NCBI RefSeq assembly: GCF_006345805.1
Contig: NW_021835760.1
Coordinates: 1 to 38,239 of the forward strand
DNA: 38,239 nt
Origin: Octopus sinensis
Taxonomy: Eukaryota
Direction of reading: 5' to 3'
Shown in pieces: positions 24,704-34,799 of the stretch. A program made the translations under genes and the position numbers. Below the pieces are notes generated by a model. It searched no databases and was not told where the DNA came from. It saw nothing but the letters and a program-made list of their open reading frames with translations. Each line of letters starts with the position of its first letter. Within the stretch, counting starts at the first letter, position 1.

Positions 24704-24780
24704 ATATTATATATATATATATAATTATATATATATATATTAAAAATAGGAAAGAATGGAGCTGAACGACGAATTAACAA

Positions 24781-24884
24781 AATTCCTTTATTTTCGACAT
24801 ATATTTCGAAGGCTGCATATTCCTAATTGTGAAAGAATAAGGAGTACATTATGTTGCTTTCTCATCAGGAAAAGCAAGGAACTT
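24781..24884 (-). ncRNA. Type I hammerhead ribozyme motif (Penelope pLTR-type) with canonical CUGAUGA core
   Basis: Minus strand reads aagttccttgcttttc-CTGATGA-gaaagc-(42-nt loop)-gccttc-GAAA-tatat-GTC-gaaaataaaggaatt. Stem I has 5 bp, a 2x2 internal loop, then ~8 bp. Stem II has 5 of 6 pairs. Helix III is minimal with a palindromic AUAU loop. Confidence 0.7.
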
Positions 24885-24903
24885 ATGTCCTTATATATAC
24901 ATA

Positions 24904-24966
<63 letters not shown>

Positions 24967-25070
24967 AATTAAAAAAAACAGAGAAAAGGAAAAAGAAAAA
25001 ACAAACAAGCGTGACAACGTTGTACAAGCAATGTATTAATAAGATGTGCAGAGAAAGAAAAGAGTAGTAG

Positions 25071-25103
25071 TTTTACATTTCGAGCGTAGCTCTTCTTCAG
25101 AAC
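25071..25103 (-). ncRNA. Degenerate minimal hammerhead-like motif (CUGAAGA-A core)
   Basis: Minus strand reads CTGAAGA-A-GAGC-tac-GCTC-GAAA-t-GTA. Stem I is poorly paired. Confidence 0.4.
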
Positions 25104-25357
25104 CAGGAAAAACAAGGAAACTTCCAGAAGAAAGAGGAAATAATGCCAACAATCACTTTCTGTTACATATCCAAATACAAGTGTGAGTGCGCGTACATAC
25201 ACACACTCACACACACGTATATACCCAGACACAGACATACGCGCACACGCACATATAGGTATATATAAAGGGAAAGTTTATGAAAATAAACAAAAGACGA
25301 AGGCAGGTGGTTTACAAACAAACAAATGTATTAGTATAGCGCTCAGGAATAGAAAAA

Positions 25358-25395
25358 GTATTTTACGTTTCGAGCCTATGCTCTTCTACAAAAAG
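25358..25395 (-). ncRNA. Second copy of the variant-core hammerhead-like motif (same family as 5897-5932)
   Basis: Minus strand reads tttt-TTGTAGA-A-GAGC-atag-GCTC-GAAAC-GTA-aaa. The downstream flank (ctgagcgctatactaatacatttgtttg...cacctgccttcgtctttt) aligns by eye with 5945-6000. Confidence 0.45.
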
Positions 25396-26523
25396 ATACA
25401 CAGAAAAAAAACAAGGAGAGAAACCAGGAGAGAAAAAATGTATGTAGTATATATATATATCTTCATACACACGGCAAGCTGCTTTCAGTTTCCGTCTACC
25501 AAATCCACTCACAAAGGTTTGGTCAGCTCGAGGTTATTATTGAACACTTGACCATTTGGTTGGGAAGTAAACTTCTTACCGCATAGCCGTGTGTGCTAAG
25601 AAGTTTAATGATGATGAGGATGATGATGAGACCCACACATGTCTATGTGTGGCCCTCATCATCATGTAGTGTCAGATTTGCAAGCTGACACGGGTTTCAT
25701 GTTTTGAGAATATATATGAACATATGTGTGTCTGTGTGTGTTAAATATTATCAACGACGTAACATTTGATTATTTTATTAAAAACTTCTCCTTGGCTTCC
25801 AACGAAATTTCCACTAAATGATAGCAACATACACACATGTCCGCGATGTGTAAAAGTGTGAGATTTTGCACAAGTATAAACAAACTGTGGTCATTTGCAA
25901 GTTTGTTGTGGCCTCTCCCCTCTCAATAATTACAATCCCATTTCCCCACTTTGAGTTTCAAATATTCTAAACCTTCAAACCATTATATTTAACTTTGCAC
26001 ATTGTTCTGTAATGGAAAGTTCAGACGATTTCATTGTTGATTCCTGGACATTGAAAAAATCACTTCTTGATTAGATTTCCGCTGGAAAATATCCTTCAGT
26101 TGACTGTTCATTACGTTATCTACTCAACCAGTTTATGTCTGCGTATATGCGATGAATATATGTGTGTATATACGTGTATGTATATATGTGTATGTCTTTA
26201 TGTGTTTGTGTTGTCTGTTTGTACGGATGTTGATGTCTGACATTTCAAAAAAATAAAAATACATTTAGCTCTTTTCATAGCTAACCTTCTCAACACTGCC
26301 TTTCGTTCTATGATACAAATTCCCTGTTTAAAGTGAGCTAAATTAAAACCTTCCATCAAAATTCCATGTAAAGTTTTGTCCCAAACGCCCATCTTAATAA
26401 TGGCAAAGCTATTTTACGAAATTCTTCCTAACTTTCGAAACTAATTGAAACAAAGACAAAGTATTTCAACAGAAATATGGTAAGAAACGGGTTGAACGAG
26501 ACAAGTTCAGATACACCAAATAC

Positions 26524-26623
26524 CTTTTGTTATTCGAGAGAATCCTGCCACCGAGGAATTGTGAGTGCTGCTGTCTTCGTTTCTATTGAATTTATACTCT
26601 GTGTAATTGCTGATCATACTTAT
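26524..26623 (-). CDS. Exon 6; starts in phase 0; completes repeat 3 (3' boundary uncertain)
   Basis: Acceptor ctatcatttcag|. Open only in phase 0: ISMISNYTEYKFNRNEDSSTHNSSVAGFSRITK. The donor AAG|gtattt is weak; read-through gives GIWCI and a stop at 26507-26509. Confidence 0.75.
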
Positions 26624-26696
26624 CTGAAATGATAGATTTGAAATATCGTTAAGATAACTCAGCTGTTTGTGATCTGATTATGAGTCGCCTCAGTTC

Positions 26697-26970
26697 CTTG
26701 TCAAGGGGTTGGTGTCGTTTGTCCGAGCATTTTTTATTTGTGTCAGTGTCATTTGGTGGAAATAGGGTGGGTAGGAGAAACACTAAATCCCTTCTTAGCT
26801 CAAACCTCATTTCAAGTCAATCAATCGATCTTGTCAAGGGGTTGGTGTCGTTTGTCCGAGCACTTTTTGGTGGGGTGAGGGGATTTAAGGAAAGAAACAT
26901 TAAACTCTTACTTCCCTCAAACCTCATCCAAAGTCAGTCAATCCATCAATCAATAGATCAATCAATCAAT
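26697..26970 (+). repeat. Two tandem ~133-bp units ending in (TCAA)n, probably LINE 3' ends
   Basis: An identical 33-mer (cttgtcaaggggttggtgtcgtttgtccgagca) occurs at 26697 and 26830. Both units end ctcaaacctcat..aagtca(a/g)tcaatc. Confidence 0.75.
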
Positions 26971-28094
26971 AATATTCATATCTAACAAGAGATTCTACTG
27001 CTTCTCCAAACCAGATATATCCCTCAACAGGTTATTAGCATTTTTGGTTTTAAGGAATAGAGCGACTTAACAATCTCTAATGACGATATGGATATGGATT
27101 TAGTACCGCAGATGAATAGAATGGTCAGCAATTATACACTGCGCCCATTGCTTGTAGATGTAAGGTATACCATTGCCATGAGTACCATCATCATCTTCAC
27201 CAAGATCAACAGTATCACTACCACCACCACCACCACCACCACCACCACCACTACTTCCACTACCGTTACCATAGTCCTACTTAACATCCAATTTCCATAG
27301 TGGAATAGGATGGACATTTGACAGGGCCTGACAAGATGGTAGGGTGGTCTATCATACACCAATGTCTACTTTGGTATGGTTTCTGTGGTTGGATGTCCTT
27401 CCTAATGCCAACCACTTTACAGAGTATACTGGGTGACCTTTTCGTTCATGGCACCAGCACTAGCAAGGATCACTTCATAACTCCAAGATTAAGGTCCTAA
27501 AGTAACCTTATAAGTGAGGGAGAATAGAAAAGGGAGTGAGTGGTGATTTCAAGTAGAAGGATGAGGGATGGCATATTGGAGAGTAAAGAAGCAAAATAAG
27601 CGAGGGATTTGCTTCAGGGTGAAGAAAAAGAGGAGAAGGATTTGAAAGGTGATAGGGTGGGTTGTGTTCTGGGGGTGGTGAAGGGAGGGTAAAGTCGAGG
27701 GCTATCCCTCATTATAAGTATGTTCCAGAAGAGAACATGGAGTAAAGTTGGCCCCACTGAAAGTGTGAACCCAGTCATTTTGAAGTATGAAATTCTCTTC
27801 CATGAAACATGCAGCCTGACTCCCTATCATCTCTACATGTTTTCACTTTAACATTCAGGTTTCTCGGTCAAATGTAATGCTTATTGATTCACATTGTTTT
27901 GAAATAAACGTAGATTATGTCATAGCTTCAAGATTTCGATGGCGTGATGGTTAATTGCTAGAATGAGATTGTAGGGTATGTGTGAGAGGTCAGATATGGA
28001 TGATTTGAGCATAAAACGGAGAATATTGGGGTTGGGTATGATATGGCCGTTTTAAATGCTAAAGGGCAAAAGTAGGTTAAGAAAATATATTTAC

Positions 28095-28321
28095 TTCATT
28101 GATTTTCAGAGATTCATTCTTAAAATGGAGATTTATGCTTGTGATTTCTTTGTCTTCATAGGTCTTCAGGTTAAAATATTTGATGAACTCATCTCCATAC
28201 ATACCGAAATTCTTCCATGTCAAATGATTAGTGAAAGATGATAACGTGTCTTGGATTAATTCTACGGAGAACGTTCGTTCATGTACCTCAGGAGAAATAA
28301 CTTTCAACAGCCATTTCTTGC
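28095..28321 (-). CDS. Exon 5; phase 1 to 0; first part of repeat 3
   Basis: Acceptor ttcatatttcag| and donor GAA|gtaaat. 227 nt: (G)KKWLLKVISPEVHERTFSVELIQDTLSSFTNHLTWKNFGMYGDEFIKYFNLKTYEDKEITSINLHFKNESLKINE. Confidence 0.87.
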
Positions 28322-28659
28322 CTGAAATATGAATTTAGAAAATATGACTTTTAAGTGTGTGATACATACATACATACATACATACATACATACATAAATA
28401 CATACATACATACATACATACATATGTACAAGCAATCTGTGAGCAGAACAGCAATAATATGCAAGATTTTTTCTCAAGTTTCAAATGTGAATTTGTCTGT
28501 GTTAACTACATCCCAAATATGAAACCTTGTGGAAGAGACATACATATATTCATATATATAGACATACACACATATAAAGATACACACACACACACACACA
28601 CACATAAATATATATATATATATATATATATGATAGATAAGTAGATAGATATAGATATA

Positions 28660-29840
28660 GTTAAATTGATTTGCCCATCTAAATCAGATATTTGTAAGAT
28701 TATTAAATTTATTATTAATAAATATATTTCTAGGCTTAAACAACGTACTAGTTCATGTTTGTGGTCAAATTCTTTGGACGTTATTGATTGGTTCTCTAAC
28801 ATTAATAGTAAACAACATACTAAGTTTATTCAGTTGGATATTTCTAATTATTAGTCAGCTATCAACCCTATCCTATCGAATAAAACTTTGCTTCTCGCTA
28901 TGAAAATTTCGGATCTATCTAGAAGTGATGTTGATATAATTCTAGTGGCTAGAAAAGCCTTTATTGAATTTGATGGTAAATATTGGACTAGAACTGGTAG
29001 ACCCAATGTTTTCAATATTAAAATGGGGTCAAGTGATTCGGTGCAAGTTACCGATTGAGCTGTTTTTATATTTTTTATTGCATACATAATGAATTTCCTT
29101 ATTTAGGAAGTGGATTATATAGAGATGATGCTCTTTTCACTGTATATAAATCTAGTATGGTTTATTTAGAAAAATATAGAAACATTCGTAATATATTCTT
29201 TCAGCATCTGTTCTTTCTATTAGTTTAGAAAATGAAGATACTAGGGTTAATTTTCTGGATATTACCATTGATCTACATAATGAATTATACCAACCTATTC
29301 ATAAGCCAAATGAATGCTTACGATAGATAAATAAAATCTCTAATAATATTAGTAGCATAATAAATTCAATAGTTAAGAATATATCAACTTGTATTTCGAG
29401 GCTTTCGGCTAATGGAGATATATATAAGCTAAATCAACCGTATCATACTATTGGGTTTTCTATATCATTAATTGTAGGATTGTTAAGATTTTTATTTATT
29501 TGAGTTCGTGCGAGTTATCCTCGATATCGTTATGATTTATTGATATATCTAATTTGGAAGAGGTATTTACCATGTGTATTAATAATTTTAATCTTTGTTG
29601 GAGTGTTTAGTAAAATAATGTTTTATTTATAAATCCAAAAAATAGTTTAATTAAAATAATAACATTGGAAGTTATAGATTAAAATGCATTATTGGAAGCT
29701 GGATATAAAGATGAGGCTTACTATATCTTGAATCATCTTAGTAATAATAAAGATCTAGAAAATTTTAGAATTAGAGAGATGTTGAAACTTCATGAAAGGA
29801 ATAAGAAAATTATAAATTTATATGGAAATAATAAAAGTAG
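28660..29840 (+). mobile_element. Penelope-like element RT relic (motifs through thumb), interrupted by a ~237-bp insert
   Basis: LICPSKSDICKI...LWSNSLDVIDWF...FIQLDISNY*SAI...KMGSSDSVQV...GLYRDDAL...VNFLDITIDL...YQPIHKPN...NQPYH, resuming at 29683 as NALLEAGYKDE. Contains stops and frameshifts. Confidence 0.85.
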
Positions 29841-29842
29841 AT

Positions 29843-30015
29843 AAAGACACCATACTATGGGATATGCCAATATACACAGATAAAGAAATTAAAGCCAATA
29901 GGCCAGATATAGTTGTCAGAGGTTATCAAGAAAAAGATACTTTCTAATTGGTGTATCAATACCAACAGATGGCAACGTTTGTCTAAAAGAAATAGAGAAA
30001 TTTTCAAAATACAAT
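29843..30015 (+). mobile_element. Restriction-like endonuclease fragment of an R4/Dong-type non-LTR retrotransposon
   Basis: KDTILWDMPIYTDKEIKANRPDIVV, a -1 frameshift, then RYFLIGVSIPTDGNVCLKEIEKFSKY. This matches the RLE pattern LWD...RPDIV...D/G-V-x-IP...KExEKxxKY. Confidence 0.75.
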
Positions 30016-30304
30016 ACAATTTATATTCTATGTAAATATATGGTGGTTCCCCAGTATGACTGCTGTTATTCAACTAATACTGGCTAAAGAGTTAACACAA
30101 TGACTTAAAAATTTCAAATGCGTTAAACACAAAATTTATTAAATATGCGACTCGTACGTATCTCTTTCTTTAAATTTCCTTAATTTCAATTTAAAATATT
30201 ATTAATCCTGCTTTGAATTCTCACAGAATGATTATTTCCCTTTTAATAGCCGTGACCACAAGAGGGACCACATGGTTTGATTTAGTTGTTCAATGAAATC
30301 TTAC

Positions 30305-30398
30305 CTTTTTTAACTTTACAAGAACATTTCATTGAATTTGTCCAATGTATGTCAACACAACCATATTCTTCTCCCGTAAGCATCTTTGTCATGACAAC
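30305..30398 (-). CDS. Exon 4; phase 0 to 1; completes repeat 2
   Basis: Acceptor tcatttttcag| and donor AAG|gtaaga. 94 nt: VVMTKMLTGEEYGCVDIHWTNSMKCSCKVKK plus 1 nt. It parallels exon 2 (V-x-[V/M]...Y-x-C...C). Confidence 0.87.
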
Positions 30399-30784
30399 CT
30401 GAAAAATGATTTTTTAAATTGTTTTAAAGTTGATTAGTTATATGACATGTTTAAATTAATACAACCATCTACGTTGATTGAAAGGGGTGGCCAGGTGGCT
30501 TTGTGCCAAGGCTAAAGTATGATAGAGGGACAAGTATAGTTGTCTTGCTACAGAAGAGATACATGACTACCACACATTATATAAGGGTAGTTGGGAGGGC
30601 CTAAATGTGATAGTGATACAATACCAGGTAAGATTCTTAGGAGATAGGAAGGGGAGAATACAGACGGGATACAGACTGTTGGTTAATGAAGGGACGGAGT
30701 GAGCTGGGTCTTTTGTAAAAGGGGAGTGTAACTCAGATGGTTAGAGATGGGTTACTCTCTCTCTCTATCTCTCTTTCTCCGTAT

Positions 30785-30831
<47 letters not shown>

Positions 30832-30833
30832 AT

Positions 30834-30895
<62 letters not shown>

Positions 30896-30957
30896 TATTA
30901 CGGAGATGCACTCGCATAGCAAGTGATTTGATCTGAGATCGTGTGCTGAAACGAAAA

Positions 30958-31250
30958 CAATTACAGCGTGGAATGTGTTTGCAAGCCATTTAAGAAACAC
31001 ACAAAAGCCGTTCGATTCACTTCAACATTTAAGTTTAATTTGACAAAATATTTTCGTCGCTAAAATCTGTGACCTGTTCACTGACAAAAATCCGTGCTGC
31101 ATCTGAGCAGCACGGATTTTCATCAGTGAACAGGTCACGGTCTTAAAGCGACGAAAATATTTTGACAAATTAAACTTAAATGTTGAAGTGAATCGAACGG
31201 CTTTTGTGTGTTTCTTAAATGGCTTACAAACACCTTCCACGCTGCAATTG
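30958..31250. repeat. 293-bp imperfect palindrome (inverted Penelope-type terminal repeat), each arm carrying a hammerhead-like motif
   Basis: Arms 30958-31100 and 31107-31250 with a 6-nt spacer (atctga) and about 10 differences. Motifs are at 31039-31088 (-) and 31119-31169 (+). Confidence 0.9.
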
Positions 31251-31290
31251 TATATATACATATATATATATATATGTCTCAAAGACAGAC

Positions 31291-31329
<39 letters not shown>

Positions 31330-31399
31330 AAAAAGAAAGAAAGAAAGAAAGAAAGAACGAAAAAGCAAACACAGAATTCAAGAGGGTGAAGCTACTTAC

Positions 31400-31632
31400 T
31401 TTGGTCATGTCAAAAGGTTTTTTAGTGCCATTGAATTCTATTTCAATCTCATTGATGTTCTCGTTTGGAATATCGAAAAAATTAGTGAAAGCGGAGACGT
31501 AAGCCGACTCTTCGAGTGATACAATTACTGAAGAGTTCCTTTCACCGCCAGTCACTCTAAGAGTAAAAATTATTGTTTCGTAATCGTTTACATATTTGGA
31601 TTGATAGGTCATTTCTATATTCCATGTGGAAT
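31400..31632 (-). CDS. Exon 3; phase 1 to 0; first part of repeat 2
   Basis: Acceptor ttttcttctttcttctctag| and donor AAA|gtaagt. 233 nt: (D)STWNIEMTYQSKYVNDYETIIFTLRVTGGERNSSVIVSLEESAYVSAFTNFFDIPNENINEIEIEFNGTKKPFDMTK. Confidence 0.9.
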
Positions 31633-31698
31633 CTAGAGAAGAAAGAAGAAAATAATTAAAGGAAAAAAGAACAATAACAAACGTGGTGTAGTGTCTGT

Positions 31699-32105
31699 TG
31701 GCAGAAACGTTAGCGCGCTGGGCGAAATGCTTAGCGGTATTTCGTCTGCCGTTACGTTCTGAGTTCAAATTCCGCCGAGGTCGACTTTGCCTTTCATCCT
31801 TTCGGGGTCGATAAATTAAGTAGCAGTTACGCACTGGGGTCGATGTAATCGACTTAATCAATTTGTCTTTCCTTGTTTGTCTCCTCTATGTTTAGCCCCT
31901 TGTGGGTTGTAAAGAAATAGGTATTTCGTCTGCCGTTACGTTCTGAGTTCAAATTCCGCCGAGGTCGACTTTGCCTTTCATCCTTTCGGGGTCGATAAAT
32001 GAAGTACCAGTTACGCACTGGGGTCGATGCAATCGACTTAAAAACCCTTTGTCTGTCCTTGTTTGTCTCCTCTATGTTTAGTCCCTTGTGGGTAGTAAAG
32101 AAATA
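31699..32105 (+). mobile_element. SINE family B, dimeric copy, intronic
   Basis: Same structure as 18645-19062, with the junction at 31914-31927. Confidence 0.9.
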
Positions 32106-32234
32106 TGTAATTCATTAACAAAAATGTGTCCAGCAATAAAAGAGAAAAAAATGGTGAATTACTTGACATTTTGAGATTTGAATTATTCTTCAACAGTAAG
32201 TGACTGATTTTGTGAACATTGACCTTTGATCTTT

Positions 32235-32600
32235 TATCCTGTTTCAATCATTAGTCTGCGGCCATGCTGGGGCACCACCGTAAAGAAATTTTAGTCGAAT
32301 GAATTAAGCCCAGGACTGATTTTATCTTTCAAAGTGTCTTTTGCTGAGCTGCTAAGTTACAGGGTTGTAAACACACAAACACCACATTGCAAGCAGTGGT
32401 GGAGTAAAACACAGACACAAAGACACACACACACACACACATGACAGTATTCTTTTAGTTTCCGTATCCAAATCCACTCAAGAATCTTTGGTCATCCCAA
32501 GGCTACAGTAGAAGACACTGGCCTAAAGTGACCCACACTGGGTCTGAAATCGGAACCATGTGATTAGGAGGAAAGTTTCTTATCATACAGCCACACCTAG
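32235..32600 (-). mobile_element. SINE family A copy (diverged), intronic
   Basis: Tail gcggccatgctggggcacc and head ggtctgaaatcggaaccatg. Confidence 0.78.
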
Positions 32601-32847
32601 CCATGCCTTTCATTACCATATTTTTGCTGAAATCTGCTTTGTTTCAATTAATTTTGAGAATAATGAAGAATATATTAAATAATTTAGCTGTTATTAATCT
32701 GGTGTCAGATTAATTAAGATGCAATTTCAATGAAAGGTTTTCACTAAGGTAACTTCAACCCTTTTCATACCAACTCACCTGAGACCATGCCTGGATCTAC
32801 AAACTTACAGTTTTCATCTCCATAACCTGGTAAGATTGCTTGGATAC

Positions 32848-33515
32848 TTTTAAGCTGTATATGCCATCCCCCTCAGTCCTGCATTAGTTGAGGGAAGTCT
32901 TCGAGGAGGCATCCAGTGTCTCTGATGAGTTGATCTACATATATTGTGTTTGGATGACCAGCTTGAGTACAGCATTGCTGTCATGTCCATAGCAGTAGGT
33001 CACTTGCTACCTCTTCTATAGCTCGCCAACTTTTAAGCTGTATATGCCATCCCCCGCAGTCCTGCATTAGTTGAGGGAGGTCTTCGAGGCGGCATCCAGT
33101 GTCTCTGATGAGTTGATCTACATATATTGTGTTTTGATGACCAGCTTGAGTACAGCCATGCTTTCATGTCCATAGCAGTATGTCATTTGCTACCTCTTCT
33201 ATAGCTCGACAACAATGTCCTTCAAAGTGCAAGCATCTTTCCCTTATAATGTTGGAAGCAGGCAGCAGATCTCCGTACAGCTGTTTCTTGGTCGGATAAG
33301 TCCTCCAAGATATGTTTAAGACTGCTCTTAATATTTGGGTGAAAGTTCCATCTTGCTTGGATTCCAGTGTTTTGGTAAGTGTCCAGGCTGTTGTTCCATA
33401 TAAAAGGACTGAGTCTACCACAGTATAGGAAAATCTTCTCTGACAGGCTTGATTTCCAGGCAAAACCCAGTTTGTTTAGGGCCGACCATGCTTTGGCTAC
33501 CCAAGTTTTTACATC
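32848..33515 (-). mobile_element. RTE-clade LINE ORF2 C-terminal fragment with an internal 183-bp tandem duplication
   Basis: AKAWSALNKL, then TVVDSVLLYGTTAWTLTKTLESKQDGTFTQILRAVLNISW...LYGDL...IRERCLHFEGHC...ILLW...YVDQLIRDTGC. This is typical post-RT sequence of RTE elements. Confidence 0.85.
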
Positions 33516-33561
33516 CTTGTCAGTTGACTTGCATTAATTTACTGTTTTAAAGTGATCTAAA

Positions 33562-33727
33562 CAGCGCAGGAGTGGCTGTGTGGTAAGTAGCTTGCTTACC
33601 AACCACATGGTTCCGGGTTCAGTCCCACTGAGTGGCACCTTGTGCAAGTGTCCTCTGCTATAGCCTCGGGCTGACCAAAGCCTTGTGATTGGATTTGGTT
33701 GACGGAAACTGAAAGAAGCCCGTCGTA

Positions 33728-33822
<95 letters not shown>

Positions 33823-34045
33823 TGTGTGTGTTTGTGTGTCTGTGTTTGTTCCCCTAGCATTGCTTGACAACCGATGCTGGTATGTTTACGTCGCCGTCAC
33901 TTAGCGGTTCGGAAAAAGAGAGCAATAGAATAAGTACTGGGCTTACAAAGAATAAGTGTCGGGGTCGATTTGCTCGACTAAAGGCGGTGCTCCAGCAGAG
34001 CGGCATTCAAATGACTGAAACAAGTAAACGAGTAAAAGAGTAAAC
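33562..34045 (+). mobile_element. SINE family A full copy, intronic
   Basis: gcgcaggagtggctgtgtgg ... gagtaaaagagtaaa. Confidence 0.9.
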
Positions 34046-34799
34046 TATAATCTTGATCAAAGTTTTATATTAATTTGTTTCAGACACCAGCTTTAGAATG
34101 AGAAAATCTTTTTACTAAATTTTTCATTATTTTTAAAATTAATTAAACGGCAATATATTTGTAACACTAAGTCAGAAATATCTTTATCGATAATAAGATC
34201 ATTTTCTTGAAGAGTCTAAAGAAACAGGTCTCTGTAGAGAGCTGAACCCCAGGGATTTTATGAACCCATCAAAACATTCTGGAATGTTTCATGATGCCTT
34301 TAAAGGAGCAAATCTTCAGCATTCCTTTCGATCTGTCACTGCCTCTAACAAACCAATGTCAAAGATGACTTGCTGAAAAATATCGGAAGACATCATAACA
34401 TAGTTTAGGAATCAAGCCAAAATACTTCTCGTCAGTATTACCATATATAATATTATTCTGCAGTGTCTGCGAGTTTTGAATTTAAACATTCCAAATTCAA
34501 ATTTGAGGAAGCTTACCTGTATGACACTGTGGGTAAGAGACTTTTACTATAGCACCTGGCTGAGCCAAGCTTTGTGAATGGATTTGATAGACTGCAATTG
34601 GAAGAAGTCTGTCATAGGTATACACATATATATATTTGTATATGTATATATGATTGTGTGTATGTGTGTGTCTGTGTGTGTGTGTGTGAGAGAGAGAGAG
34701 GAAGTAAATACATTCAGTCATAGAAAACCCTTCTTCAATGAATTTCTAGTGATTCATAATATAGAGAAACAATATAAGCAGTATCTTTTATAAACTTAC

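Noticed and set aside
25890-26138. MAM-domain-like reading of a decayed minus-strand frame
   Set aside because: It has four stops, a weak acceptor and only impressionistic similarity. It cannot be supported without an HMM search.
28850-29060. In-frame stops in the PLE RT as possible selenocysteine codons
   Set aside because: One stop is TAG, and the TGA falls at a Leu-like position. The other relic has TAA stops and this one has frameshifts, so ordinary decay explains them.
31022-31861. 279-aa minus-strand ORF taken as a single gene
   Set aside because: Only 31400-31632 is exon. The rest is read-through into a SINE B, a (GAAA)n tract and the palindrome.
17537-33213. Direct repeats as a possible CRISPR array
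   Set aside because: The units are 130-225 bp duplications or SINE copies with no short repeat-unique spacer periodicity, in a eukaryotic context with no cas genes.
34190-34470. Coding-looking minus-strand stretch in intron 2
   Set aside because: Stops occur in every frame, there is no compatible splice pair, and no family was recognised.
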